A stretch of DNA of 64,000 bases from Candidatus Eiseniibacteriota bacterium (GCA_963744995.1 CAVUWA010000002.1:96001-160000), one strand, 5' to 3'; shown: positions 19,837 through 28,411, numbered from the stretch's first letter. The notes: a model not told the origin generated them from the sequence alone. Numbers and translations: made by a program.

Positions 19837-20511
19837 CTACGCTCCCGGCCCGAACTCCGGCATCGTGCGCCCGCCCGTCACGCGCCACCGCACCGCCGGC
19901 AGCGCGTCGCGTTCGAAGTTCCGGTACGTCAGCACGCGTCTGAGCAGCCGCGCGCCCCATTCGCGCTGGGCGTCGCTCAGCGTCGGGCCGTCGCCTGCGA
20001 AGCGGAAGTTGCATACCTCCAGATCGCCGCCGTTCATCCAGCACACGATCAGCCAGTACTCCGGGCCCTGCGCGCCCGCGATCCTGAGCCACAGGTCCGC
20101 GACCTCGAAGTCGCCCACGTGCTGCGTGCGCGCGTGCAGCACCATGGCGTCCGAGAACCGCATCACCCGCTGCAGCGCGATCGCCGGGGGCGTCGTCTCC
20201 GGGAAGCCGCGGCGCACCACCGCCGCGCTCGGCTCGACGCGCATCGGCGGGTCGAACGGCGGCGGCGTCGCCAGCTCGAAGCACACCGCCTCCGCACGGT
20301 GTCGCGGCGCCAGGTCCACCGGCCGCCGCGTCCACGTGTCGGCCAGCGCCGAGGCCAGCGCCGCGATGAACAGCGCCGGCAGCAGCGCGCCCAGCCAGGT
20401 GAGCGCCGTGCGCCCGCGCCGGCGTGCGCGCTGCTCGATCGCCCGTGGGGAGACGGGCGCCGTGAACAGCCGGGTGAGCAGCGAACGCCGCGCGTCGTGG
20501 AGGTCCGACAT
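19837..20511 (-). CDS. Hypothetical single-TM protein inside the mutagenesis cassette
   Basis: 224-aa ORF with coding-like GC3; basic N-terminus, hydrophobic helix (ALTWLGALLPALFIAALASALA), then a globular alpha/beta domain. No family recognised. Confidence 0.65.
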   Translation of the reverse strand: MSDLHDARRSLLTRLFTAPVSPRAIEQRARRRGRTALTWLGALLPALFIAALASALADTWTRRPVDLAPRHRAEAVCFELATPPPFDPPMRVEPSAAVVRRGFPETTPPAIALQRVMRFSDAMVLHARTQHVGDFEVADLWLRIAGAQGPEYWLIVCWMNGGDLEVCNFRFAGDGPTLSDAQREWGARLLRRVLTYRNFERDALPAVRWRVTGGRTMPEFGPGA

Positions 20512-20555
20512 GATCAGGGGTTATCGGCATGGCGGTCGTGACGCGTGAGGGCGCG

Positions 20556-22115
20556 CTATTTCGTGAGCGAGGGCGTGCGCAGCACGAAGCCGTGCCGGTC
20601 CTCGCTCACCCGGCCCCTGAGGTGCAGCGCGCGCCCCGACACCAGCACGCCGTGGCCGAATTCCGTGCGCACGCCGTCGAACGCCTCGTAGAGCGCGGCA
20701 CGGTGTCCCGCCTCGCGCTCGTCGAACAGCGAGCCCTGCTCGCCCGCGGCGCGCACGAAGTTCGACAGCGTGACGCCGATCGCGTGCAGCGCGGCGCGGC
20801 GTGTGAACAGGCGGCGCAGGAGGTCGAGCGCCAGCTCGAGCACCACCGGGTCGTTGTGCGTCGGTGTGCCGAGCGTGCGCGCGCGCTCGTCGCCGTCACC
20901 GCCCGCGTAGCGCAGCCGCACGGAGACCGTGCGCGGGCGGATGCTGATCTCGCGCGCCGTGCGGCACGCGCGGCCCACCAGGTACTCCATCATGCCTTCG
21001 TGCTCGACGCGGTCGGCCGTGTCGCGGTGGAACGACGTCTCGCGCGAGATCGAGAGCGGCACCTCGCGCCCGGTGACCGGCGCCGTGTCGAAGCCGCGGC
21101 AGCGCTCGAACAGCAGCCGCCCCGGCGCGCCGAACAGCGCCTCGAGCGCGGGCACCGGCAGCGCGCGCAGGTCGGCGATCGTGCGGATGTTCATCGAGCG
21201 CAGCGTCTTCGCGTGCGCGCGGCCGACCCCGGCGAGCTGCTCGACCGGCCGCCCGGCGAGGAACGCGTCGGCCTCCGCCGCGTGGATCCGGGCGAGGCCG
21301 TCGGGCTTCGCCGTCTTGCCGATCAGTTTGGCGAGCATCCGGTTCGGCCCGATCCCGCAGGTGACCGTGAGCCCGGTCGCGCTGCGGATCGCGGCCTTGA
21401 GCCGCTGCGCCATCGCCGTCAGGTCGCCGTGCAGGCGGTCGGTGCCGGTGAGGTCGCAGTAGGCCTCGTCGAGGAACGTCTCCACCGCGGGCGCCACCTG
21501 CCGGCAGCATTCGAAGATCTGCTCGGCGAAGCAGCGGTAGACCTGCGCGTGGCCGTCGATGATCACGGCCTGCGGGCACAGCCGCCGCGCCTCGGAGAGC
21601 GGCATGCCCGCGTGCAGACCGAAGCGCCGCGCCTCGTACGAGCACGACGCGATCACGCCCGCGCCGACGATCACCGGCCTGCCGGCGAGGCGCGGATCGC
21701 GCTGCTGCTCGATCGCCGCGAAGAACGCATCGATGTCGACGTGCAGGATCGTGCGCGGCGCGGACGCCGGCACCGCGACGGACGCGCGGGAGGGGGGCGC
21801 GGCGGCCGGCCCGGGGGCCGCGGCGTGGTCGTGCGCCGCGCCGTGCACGGCACGCGCCACCCCTCCTGCATCGTTCACCGCTCCAGGGTGGGTCACGCCG
21901 GGCACTTCGGCCATCCCCGCGATGCCGGTCCCGGCCGTGACCTCACCCGTGGAGCTTTCTCTTTCGTTCACCGCGGCGCGCTCCGGATCGACGGGTGCCG
22001 TCTGGTGCGTCCCGGAGTGGCGTCGCGCCTCGTGCGCTTCGCCGTGCGCCGCGGTGAAAGGGCGTGGGGGACGTTCGTCGTCGTGGCGCGGGCTGTGGAC
22101 CTTGTCGAACCCCAT
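20556..22115 (-). CDS. dinB: DNA polymerase IV (Y family)
   Basis: HVDIDAFFAAIEQ, SCSYEAR, FLDEAY, KPDG, clamp motif QGSLF. Start placed at the ATG in a TGATG overlap with the upstream gene (uncertain). Confidence 0.9.
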   Translation of the reverse strand: MGFDKVHSPRHDDERPPRPFTAAHGEAHEARRHSGTHQTAPVDPERAAVNERESSTGEVTAGTGIAGMAEVPGVTHPGAVNDAGGVARAVHGAAHDHAAAPGPAAAPPSRASVAVPASAPRTILHVDIDAFFAAIEQQRDPRLAGRPVIVGAGVIASCSYEARRFGLHAGMPLSEARRLCPQAVIIDGHAQVYRCFAEQIFECCRQVAPAVETFLDEAYCDLTGTDRLHGDLTAMAQRLKAAIRSATGLTVTCGIGPNRMLAKLIGKTAKPDGLARIHAAEADAFLAGRPVEQLAGVGRAHAKTLRSMNIRTIADLRALPVPALEALFGAPGRLLFERCRGFDTAPVTGREVPLSISRETSFHRDTADRVEHEGMMEYLVGRACRTAREISIRPRTVSVRLRYAGGDGDERARTLGTPTHNDPVVLELALDLLRRLFTRRAALHAIGVTLSNFVRAAGEQGSLFDEREAGHRAALYEAFDGVRTEFGHGVLVSGRALHLRGRVSEDRHGFVLRTPSLTK

Positions 22116-22369
22116 CACCCCTCCAGCGAAACCGAATCGACCCGCCACACCATGTCGGCCGTGTACAGGTGCAGCTGATAGACGTCGCCGCTTCCGGTCG
22201 TGACCGAGAAATAGTGGCGCGCCTGCCGTCCTGCCCGGTCCACCCAGCGGGCGTTCACCTGCGTCACGCGGTGCTCGCGGCCCCGCAGCCGGAAGGCCAG
22301 CGGGGTCACGCTGCCGCCGCGAAAATCGGCGCGGACCGGAACGGCTTCGTCGATCGCTTCGAGTCGCAT
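22115..22369 (-). CDS. Small beta-rich protein, DUF6504-like (mutagenesis-cassette associated)
   Basis: P.AF..RGR.HRV..V..RW...R.YF.V....G.VYQL......W pattern; first gene after the SOS-type box. Family recalled from memory. Confidence 0.65.
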   Translation of the reverse strand: MRLEAIDEAVPVRADFRGGSVTPLAFRLRGREHRVTQVNARWVDRAGRQARHYFSVTTGSGDVYQLHLYTADMVWRVDSVSLEG

Positions 22370-22391
22370 GGTGGACCTGGCTGGCGCAGCC

Positions 22392-22411
22392 TACTGCACG
22401 GATGTGCAGTA
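22392..22411. promoter_or_regulatory. LexA/SOS-type operator overlapping the cassette promoter
   Basis: Palindrome TACTGCAC-GGAT-GTGCAGTA (TACTG-N10-CAGTA). On the minus strand it lies between TTGCGT (-35) and TAGGCT (-10), 22 bp from the start codon. Confidence 0.8.
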
Positions 22412-22509
22412 ACGCAAGAGGCAAATTGATCCTTTTGCGGGGCCATGGCTTAGAATCCCGGCCCCGTAGCCGACACCCGGTCCCACCGCACCCACAGGAG
22501 CACGAATCC

Positions 22510-22704
22510 ATGAAGCGCATCGCCCTCACGCTGGCTTTCGCCGCACTCTCCGCCGCCCCCGCGTTCGCCCATCCGGGCCACGGTCTCGACGACGGCTTCT
22601 CGCTCAGGCACTACCTGACGTCGCCCGAGCACATGGGCCTCGCGCTGATCGCGGTGCTCGTCGTGGCGGGTCTGTACGTGATGGCGCGCCGGCGCGCGCG
22701 CTGA
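22510..22704 (+). CDS. Small exported/membrane protein with HPGH mature N-terminus (HupE/UreJ N-terminal-like)
   Basis: AGGAG RBS; signal peptide AFA-HPGHG; H.LT.PEH motif; C-terminal TM + RRRAR; 64 aa. Confidence 0.7.
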   Translation: MKRIALTLAFAALSAAPAFAHPGHGLDDGFSLRHYLTSPEHMGLALIAVLVVAGLYVMARRRAR

Positions 22705-22766
22705 GGCGCGTCCGCCGCAGGATGCGGCGGCCCGTCCGTCTCCATGGAAGGAAGGAAACGAGTCCC

Positions 22767-23600
22767 ATGAAGCGCCTCGCCCCGTTCGTCGTCGCATGCG
22801 CTTTTCTGCTGATCGCGATCTTCACGCGCCCGGCGCCCGCCGAGCTCAAGTTCACCGAGCTCGGCAAGGGGCCGACGATCGTGCTGGTCCACGGCCTCGG
22901 CGGCGCACGCATGACCTGGCTGCCGGTCGCGCGCAAGCTGATCGGCAACTACCACGTCGTCATGCTCGATCTGCCGGGGCACGGCGACAGCCCGCTGCCG
23001 GATCCGTTCTCGCTCGAAGCGTGCGGCACCGATCTCCTCGCCGCGCTCGTGAAGTACGACCCGAAGACCACCGTGCTGGTCGGCCTCGGCGCGGGCGGGC
23101 TCGTGTCGCTCGAGGCGCTCGGCCAGAAGCCGGACGCCGTGGCCGGCCTCGTGCTGGTCGAGGCGACCGCGAAGTCGCCGCTCGACATTCCCGATCAGCA
23201 GCAGAAGATGTTCATGCAGCAGCTCGATACGCAGTACGACGGCTTCATGCGCATGCTCTACGACGGCCTGGCACGCGATTCGACGCAGGCCGTCAAGCTG
23301 CGCGCCGACGCGATGCGGGTCGAGCCGCGCCACATCAAGGCCTACATGCGCTACATGCTGAAGGCGGACGCGTCGGGCGCATTCAGGAAGATCAAGGCGC
23401 CGATCATGGTCGTGGTCTCCGACCGGCGCTGGCCGAAGGACAAGCCGTGGTCCGAGATCGCCGCCGAGCTCGGCTATGCCGGCGTGCCGAACCTCGACGT
23501 GCACCGCGTCTCGAACAGCGGCTACATGGTGCACCTGGATCAGCCGGACTCGCTCGCCGCGCTGATCGGATCGTTCACGTCGAAGGTGGTGAAGCCCTGA
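22767..23600 (+). CDS. Secreted alpha/beta-hydrolase fold protein, probably catalytically inactive
   Basis: LVHGLGG and DLPGHG present; nucleophile elbow reads VGLGAGG (no Ser); His position reads NSGYMV. Confidence 0.8.
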   Translation: MKRLAPFVVACAFLLIAIFTRPAPAELKFTELGKGPTIVLVHGLGGARMTWLPVARKLIGNYHVVMLDLPGHGDSPLPDPFSLEACGTDLLAALVKYDPKTTVLVGLGAGGLVSLEALGQKPDAVAGLVLVEATAKSPLDIPDQQQKMFMQQLDTQYDGFMRMLYDGLARDSTQAVKLRADAMRVEPRHIKAYMRYMLKADASGAFRKIKAPIMVVVSDRRWPKDKPWSEIAAELGYAGVPNLDVHRVSNSGYMVHLDQPDSLAALIGSFTSKVVKP

Positions 23601-23645
23601 CGCGGCACGCCGTGCGCGCGCTGCATCGTTTCCCGTGAGACGCCC

Positions 23646-24284
23646 GTGCCGGACCTCGCGTCGCTGACCCTGTTCTTCGTCGCCGCCGTCCTCCTGCTGG
23701 TCACGCCGGGGCCGGCGGTGCTCTACATCGTCGCGCGCAGTGTGGACCAGGGCTGGAAGGCGGGGCTGGTCTCGTCGCTCGGCGTGTCGGCGGGCTCGCT
23801 GGTGCAGGTGTTCGCCGCGGCGTTCGGGCTGTCGGCCATCGTGCTGTCGTCGGTCGCCGCCTTCGCCGCGATCAAGTACCTCGGCGCCGCGTACCTCGTC
23901 TGGCTCGGCGTGCAGAAGATCTTCTCGCGCGGGAAGGGCGACATGGACCCGCACCTCGCGCGCGACCCCATGCGGCGGATCTTCACGCAGGGCATCGTCG
24001 TCAACCTGCTGAACCCCAAGTCCGCGCTGTTCCTGGTCGCGTTCCTGCCGCAGTTCGTGGACGTCGCGAAGGGCCACGTCGCCGCGCAGATCGTCGCGCT
24101 CGGCCTGATCTTCATCATCATGGGGATCATGAGCGACAGCGTCTACGCCCTGGCCGCGGGCTCGATCGCCGAGCGGCTGCGCCGGCGTCCCGGGCTGGTG
24201 CGCCGCCAGCGCTTCTTCACCGGCGGGCTGTACATCCTGCTCGGGCTGACCGCCGCGTTCGCGGGCCCGGGGAAGCACAAGTAG
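23646..24284 (+). CDS. LysE/RhtB family translocator
   Basis: TPGP, KYLGAAYL.WLG, NLLNPK.ALF..AFLPQF motifs. Confidence 0.93.
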   Translation: MPDLASLTLFFVAAVLLLVTPGPAVLYIVARSVDQGWKAGLVSSLGVSAGSLVQVFAAAFGLSAIVLSSVAAFAAIKYLGAAYLVWLGVQKIFSRGKGDMDPHLARDPMRRIFTQGIVVNLLNPKSALFLVAFLPQFVDVAKGHVAAQIVALGLIFIIMGIMSDSVYALAAGSIAERLRRRPGLVRRQRFFTGGLYILLGLTAAFAGPGKHK

Positions 24285-24354
24285 CGCGCCTTCAGCCCCA
24301 GCCGCCGCCCGCCGATAACGAGAGAGCGCCGCTCCATCCGCGGCCTCTCTCGCC

Positions 24355-25203
24355 ATGAACCGAATCCGCTATCTGCTCTACCTGATCCTCGTCGCCGCGC
24401 CGCTGGCGCTGGTGTACGGGCCGCGCATTGCGCCGCCGCCCGCCTCCGCGAGCTACGTCATGGGCCGCGGCCCGACGATCGTGCTCGTGCACGGGCTCGG
24501 CAGCCGCGTCGACCACTGGTTCCCGGTCGGGCGCGAGCTGGCGCGCGAATTCCGCGTGGTGTTCGTGGACCTGCCGGGACACGGCGCGAGCGACCTCGAG
24601 AACCTGACGCTCGAGCGCGCCCGCGCGAGCCTCGACCGCGTGCTGCAGCAGGAGCCGGGGCCGGTGATCCTGGTCGGCCATTCGGTGGGCGGGCTGCTCG
24701 TCACGGACGAGGCGCTCGCGCGCCCCGGCCGCGTGCGCGGCCTGGTGCTGATCGAGACCGCGCTCAGGCCGCAGTTCGAAGGCGAAGAAGCGGCCCGGCT
24801 GCGCGCCGCGCTGCAGGACGACTACAGGGACGTGATCGCTTCGGCCTATCGCTCGTTCGGCCGCGATTCCACGCAGGGCGAAGCGCTGGCGAAGGAGGCC
24901 CTGCAGACCGATCCGGGCGTGATGCGCGCGTGGATCAACATGGCCCTGAACGACGACCTGTCCGAAGACGCCTCCGCGCTCTCGATGCCGGTGCTCGCCG
25001 TGCTCTCGGACCGCTCGTGGACGCCGCGGGAATCGTGGAGCGACGTGGCCGCTGCGCTCGGCTACGAGCGCGTACCGGAAATCCACGGCGTGCGCGTCGC
25101 GAACAGCGGTCACTTCGTGATGCTCGACCATCCGACCCGGGTGGCGCGCCTCATCGCGGGCTTCGCGCGGCACCCCGAGTCCGAGCCCGTCGCGTTGCGG
25201 TAG
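24355..25203 (+). CDS. Alpha/beta hydrolase (intact Ser/His)
   Basis: LVHGLGS, DLPGHG, GHSVGG, NSGHFVMLD; N-terminal anchor. Confidence 0.88.
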   Translation: MNRIRYLLYLILVAAPLALVYGPRIAPPPASASYVMGRGPTIVLVHGLGSRVDHWFPVGRELAREFRVVFVDLPGHGASDLENLTLERARASLDRVLQQEPGPVILVGHSVGGLLVTDEALARPGRVRGLVLIETALRPQFEGEEAARLRAALQDDYRDVIASAYRSFGRDSTQGEALAKEALQTDPGVMRAWINMALNDDLSEDASALSMPVLAVLSDRSWTPRESWSDVAAALGYERVPEIHGVRVANSGHFVMLDHPTRVARLIAGFARHPESEPVALR

Positions 25204-25388
25204 CCGCACCAGGTGGAGGCGCCCGCACGGGCGCGCGGTCGGGGCGGCAAGTTCTTCAATCGCGCAACCTTCGGGCATTCCGCAGCGGCATGTTTCGAAT
25301 TCCGGTGAACGCGTCGCCTCGGCGCCACGGGCCCCGCCGGACTCGCGTGGCGGCGAGTCTGCTAAGGTGTGGGGTTACGGAGGCTCCC

Positions 25389-26711
25389 ATGCTGCGGGCA
25401 CTTTTCGTCGACGACAATTCCGAGTTTCTCAGCGGGCTCATCGAGGTCGCCAGCGGGGAGGGGTTCGCCGTCAGCGGCGCCCGCTCGCTGCGGGAGGCTC
25501 GCGAGTGCCTCGCGAATGGTCCGGTCGATCTCGTCGTGGTCGACCTGGTGCTGCCGGACGGCGAAGGAACCTCGCTGCTCAGGGAGCTCAAGGAATCCTC
25601 CGATTCCGAGGTGATTCTCGTCTCGGGTGTGGCCACGGTGGACTCCGCGATCGAGGCCCTGCGCCTCGGCGCCCTCGACTACCTCACCAAGCCCATCGAC
25701 AACAGGCGTCTGAAGTCCGTGCTCAACCACGTGCTCCGCCTGCGATCGCTCAAGGAAGAGGTCGGCACGCTGCGCGGCGAACTCCGCAAGGTCGGTCGCT
25801 TCGGACGGCTGATCGGCATTTCGCCTGCGATGCAGCACGTGTACGACCAGATGACCAGGGTGGCTCCGACGGATGCCACGGTCTTCATCGTGGGCGAGAG
25901 CGGAACGGGCAAGGAAGTGGTCGCCCAGACGATCTACGAGATCAGCAACCGCCGGCGGAAGCCGTTCCTGCCGCTCGACTGTGGCGCCATCCCCGCGAAT
26001 CTGATCGAGAGCGAGCTGTTCGGTCACGAACGCGGCAGTTTCACGGGCGCGACTCAGCTGCGGCGCGGCTGCTTCGAACGCGCGGCCGGCGGCACGTTGT
26101 TCCTCGACGAGATCACCGAGATGCCGATCGAGCTCCAGGTCAAGCTCCTGCGAGTGCTCGAGTCCGGCTCGCTCACCCGCGTGGGAGGCGAGGAAGCCGT
26201 TCCGGTGAACGTGCGCCTGATCGCCGCGTCCAACCGCGTTCCGGCGGAAGCCGTGCGGGAAGGGAAGCTGCGCGAGGACCTGTACTACCGGATCAACGTG
26301 TTCCCCATCGCCCTGCCGCCGCTGCGCGATCGAGAGGACGATGTCGTCCTGCTGGCCGAGCGGTTCCTGGAGGCGCTGAATGCCGCGGAGGGGACCTCCA
26401 AGCAGCTGAGCGCTGAGGCTCGTGAGCGCATCCGAACGCATCCGTGGCGCGGCAACGTGCGGGAACTCAAGAACGAGATCCATCGCGCCTTCATCATGAA
26501 CGACAGCGTGCTGGATTTCCGGGGGCTGAGCGCCGGGCCCGGCCCCGCGCCACCGGAGGCCGAGGTCGGCCTCTCGCTCGAGGAGTCCGAGCGCCAGCTC
26601 ATCCTCGCGACGCTCGCCCAGTGCGGCGGCGACAAGAAGAAGGCCGCGAAGATCCTGGGCGTCAGCCTCAAGACGCTCTACAACCGGCTCCATCTCTACG
26701 CCGGAAGCTGA
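25389..26711 (+). CDS. Sigma-54-dependent response regulator (NtrC/AtoC family: REC-AAA+-Fis HTH)
   Basis: VDD..DL.LPDG..KP receiver; GESGTGKE; ESELFGHERGSFTGA; LFLDEI; GNVREL; AAKILGVSLKTLYNRL. Confidence 0.95.
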   Translation: MLRALFVDDNSEFLSGLIEVASGEGFAVSGARSLREARECLANGPVDLVVVDLVLPDGEGTSLLRELKESSDSEVILVSGVATVDSAIEALRLGALDYLTKPIDNRRLKSVLNHVLRLRSLKEEVGTLRGELRKVGRFGRLIGISPAMQHVYDQMTRVAPTDATVFIVGESGTGKEVVAQTIYEISNRRRKPFLPLDCGAIPANLIESELFGHERGSFTGATQLRRGCFERAAGGTLFLDEITEMPIELQVKLLRVLESGSLTRVGGEEAVPVNVRLIAASNRVPAEAVREGKLREDLYYRINVFPIALPPLRDREDDVVLLAERFLEALNAAEGTSKQLSAEARERIRTHPWRGNVRELKNEIHRAFIMNDSVLDFRGLSAGPGPAPPEAEVGLSLEESERQLILATLAQCGGDKKKAAKILGVSLKTLYNRLHLYAGS

Positions 26712-26911
26712 AACGTTTCGGCGCCCGGCCCACCGGCGCGGGCCTCATTCCCGCGCTGCTGCTTCTCCATCCTGCGACCGAGCGCAGCTTCGACCTGGTC
26801 CTCGAGCGGATCGCCGGCGACATCCGCGCTTCGGCGCCGCGGGGGCGCGCCAGTTCGGAGCGCCCCTGCAGCGGGGCGCCCCGAGTCTCGCTCATCGGCT
26901 GCGGCTGCGTC

Positions 26912-27967
26912 TCACCGCTGGCTGCTCTGCAGCACTTCGATCCGCAGGTCGTTCTGCACGCGAGCGACGCCTGGCGTGCCGTACGCGATGGCGACCGCGG
27001 CATAGCGGTGTGACGCCCGCTGCACCGTGCCGGTCAGGCGGGCGGTTGCGGCGTTGACTTCGACGTGCACCTTTGCGCCATCCATCTTCGCTGCCGCGAT
27101 CCTCTTGGTGACCGCAGACTGGATCTGATCGTCACTGGCGGTGGCCTGCTTCTTCTTCGACGCGGCGACCACCCGCAACTCGGGATTGACCGACCGGACA
27201 CCCGACACGTCCTTCGCCAGCTGGATCGCCCGGTCGTGGGCGGCACGGGTCGGCGCGGTGCCGAACAACGTGACGACACCGCGACGGGTATCGACGTTGA
27301 TGTCGCCGGACACGATCTCGGCGTCGGTCATGAGGGCCATTTTGGTCTGGGCGGTGATCCAGCCGTCCGTGAAGACGTTGCCGTGCTCGGGATCGGCCGG
27401 CGTGTCGTCGTTCCAGATCTCGCGATCACCGAACTCGTCGGGGCTCACGATCTCAGACGCGACCTGTCGCACGCCCGCGACGCCCGAGGTCACCTCGAGC
27501 GCGCGGAGATGGTCGGACAGCGTTGCGGCCTTGCCATCCAGCAGCACGACTCCCTTGTTGACCGACTTGATTCGAATGGAGGTGTCGTCGACCCAGGCTT
27601 CCGCCTTGAGGGCCGCATCGACCTGGTCCTTGAGATAGTCGTCGGTGACATCGACGATCTTGCGCTGGCTGTCGGGCACGACCTGAAGCAGGTTGCGGAC
27701 CGAAACCACCCCGGTCCCCGCGCGCGCGATGCGTTCGGCTTCGTGCTTCTCGGCGGCCGAAGGCACCTTGCCGTGCAGGGTGACCCGGCCCCCGTCGGTG
27801 TCCACGTCGATCGGGAACCCGCTGACTTCCGGGGAATTGAGGAGCAGCATCTTGACCTTGGTCGAGACCCACGCGTCCGATACGCCCGCGCCGGCCGGAA
27901 CCGCGCCCACGACGAGAATGGCGGCCACGAACATCAGTTGAATCCACAGGTGCGACTTCGATGACAT
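26912..27967 (-). CDS. Periplasmic protein with four BON domains (OsmY-like)
   Basis: Signal peptide; four repeats D..I...V/K..L...I.V....G.VTL.G........A...GV..V.N.L. Confidence 0.9.
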   Translation of the reverse strand: MSSKSHLWIQLMFVAAILVVGAVPAGAGVSDAWVSTKVKMLLLNSPEVSGFPIDVDTDGGRVTLHGKVPSAAEKHEAERIARAGTGVVSVRNLLQVVPDSQRKIVDVTDDYLKDQVDAALKAEAWVDDTSIRIKSVNKGVVLLDGKAATLSDHLRALEVTSGVAGVRQVASEIVSPDEFGDREIWNDDTPADPEHGNVFTDGWITAQTKMALMTDAEIVSGDINVDTRRGVVTLFGTAPTRAAHDRAIQLAKDVSGVRSVNPELRVVAASKKKQATASDDQIQSAVTKRIAAAKMDGAKVHVEVNAATARLTGTVQRASHRYAAVAIAYGTPGVARVQNDLRIEVLQSSQR

Positions 27968-28129
27968 GATGGTCTTCTTTCGGTTGGAACACTCGCAGAC
28001 CCGCCGCGGAAGGCAGCGGGCCTGCACGTGCTCGTCTTACATCGGGGAGGCTGGCGGCGGCTCACAACTACGGATATCGAGCGCCGCCAGCCGGAGTCGA
28101 GGATGGCTCGAGATGCGGGGGCGTGCCGG

Positions 28130-28411
28130 TCAGACCGGCGTCTTGTCGAGCGCGGCTCCGCTCGGGCTGCGGCGGTATGCTTCCTTGCCTGCGTTGACGG
28201 CGGAGCCGACGTCCTCCGCGCCCTGTTTCAGCGTGTCCATCATGTGATCCACCTGCCCCTGCGTGCCGCTCTTCAGCTTCCGGGCGGTGTCGCCGATGCG
28301 GCGGCGCGTTTCGCTACCGGCCGTTGGCGCGAACATCAGCCCCAGGCCGGCGCCGATCGCCGCTCCCAGCAGAAATCCCCCGACCATCGAGCCGCGGTTG
28401 TTCTCCGACAT
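28130..28411 (-). CDS. YtxH domain general-stress protein
   Basis: AAGGAG RBS; GFLLGAAIGAGLGLMFAP.AG.ETRRRI. Confidence 0.9.
   Translation of the reverse strand: MSENNRGSMVGGFLLGAAIGAGLGLMFAPTAGSETRRRIGDTARKLKSGTQGQVDHMMDTLKQGAEDVGSAVNAGKEAYRRSPSGAALDKTPV

Noticed and set aside
20556..22115. imuB call for the Y-family gene
   Set aside because: The catalytic Asp/Glu residues are intact and the motifs are DinB-like.
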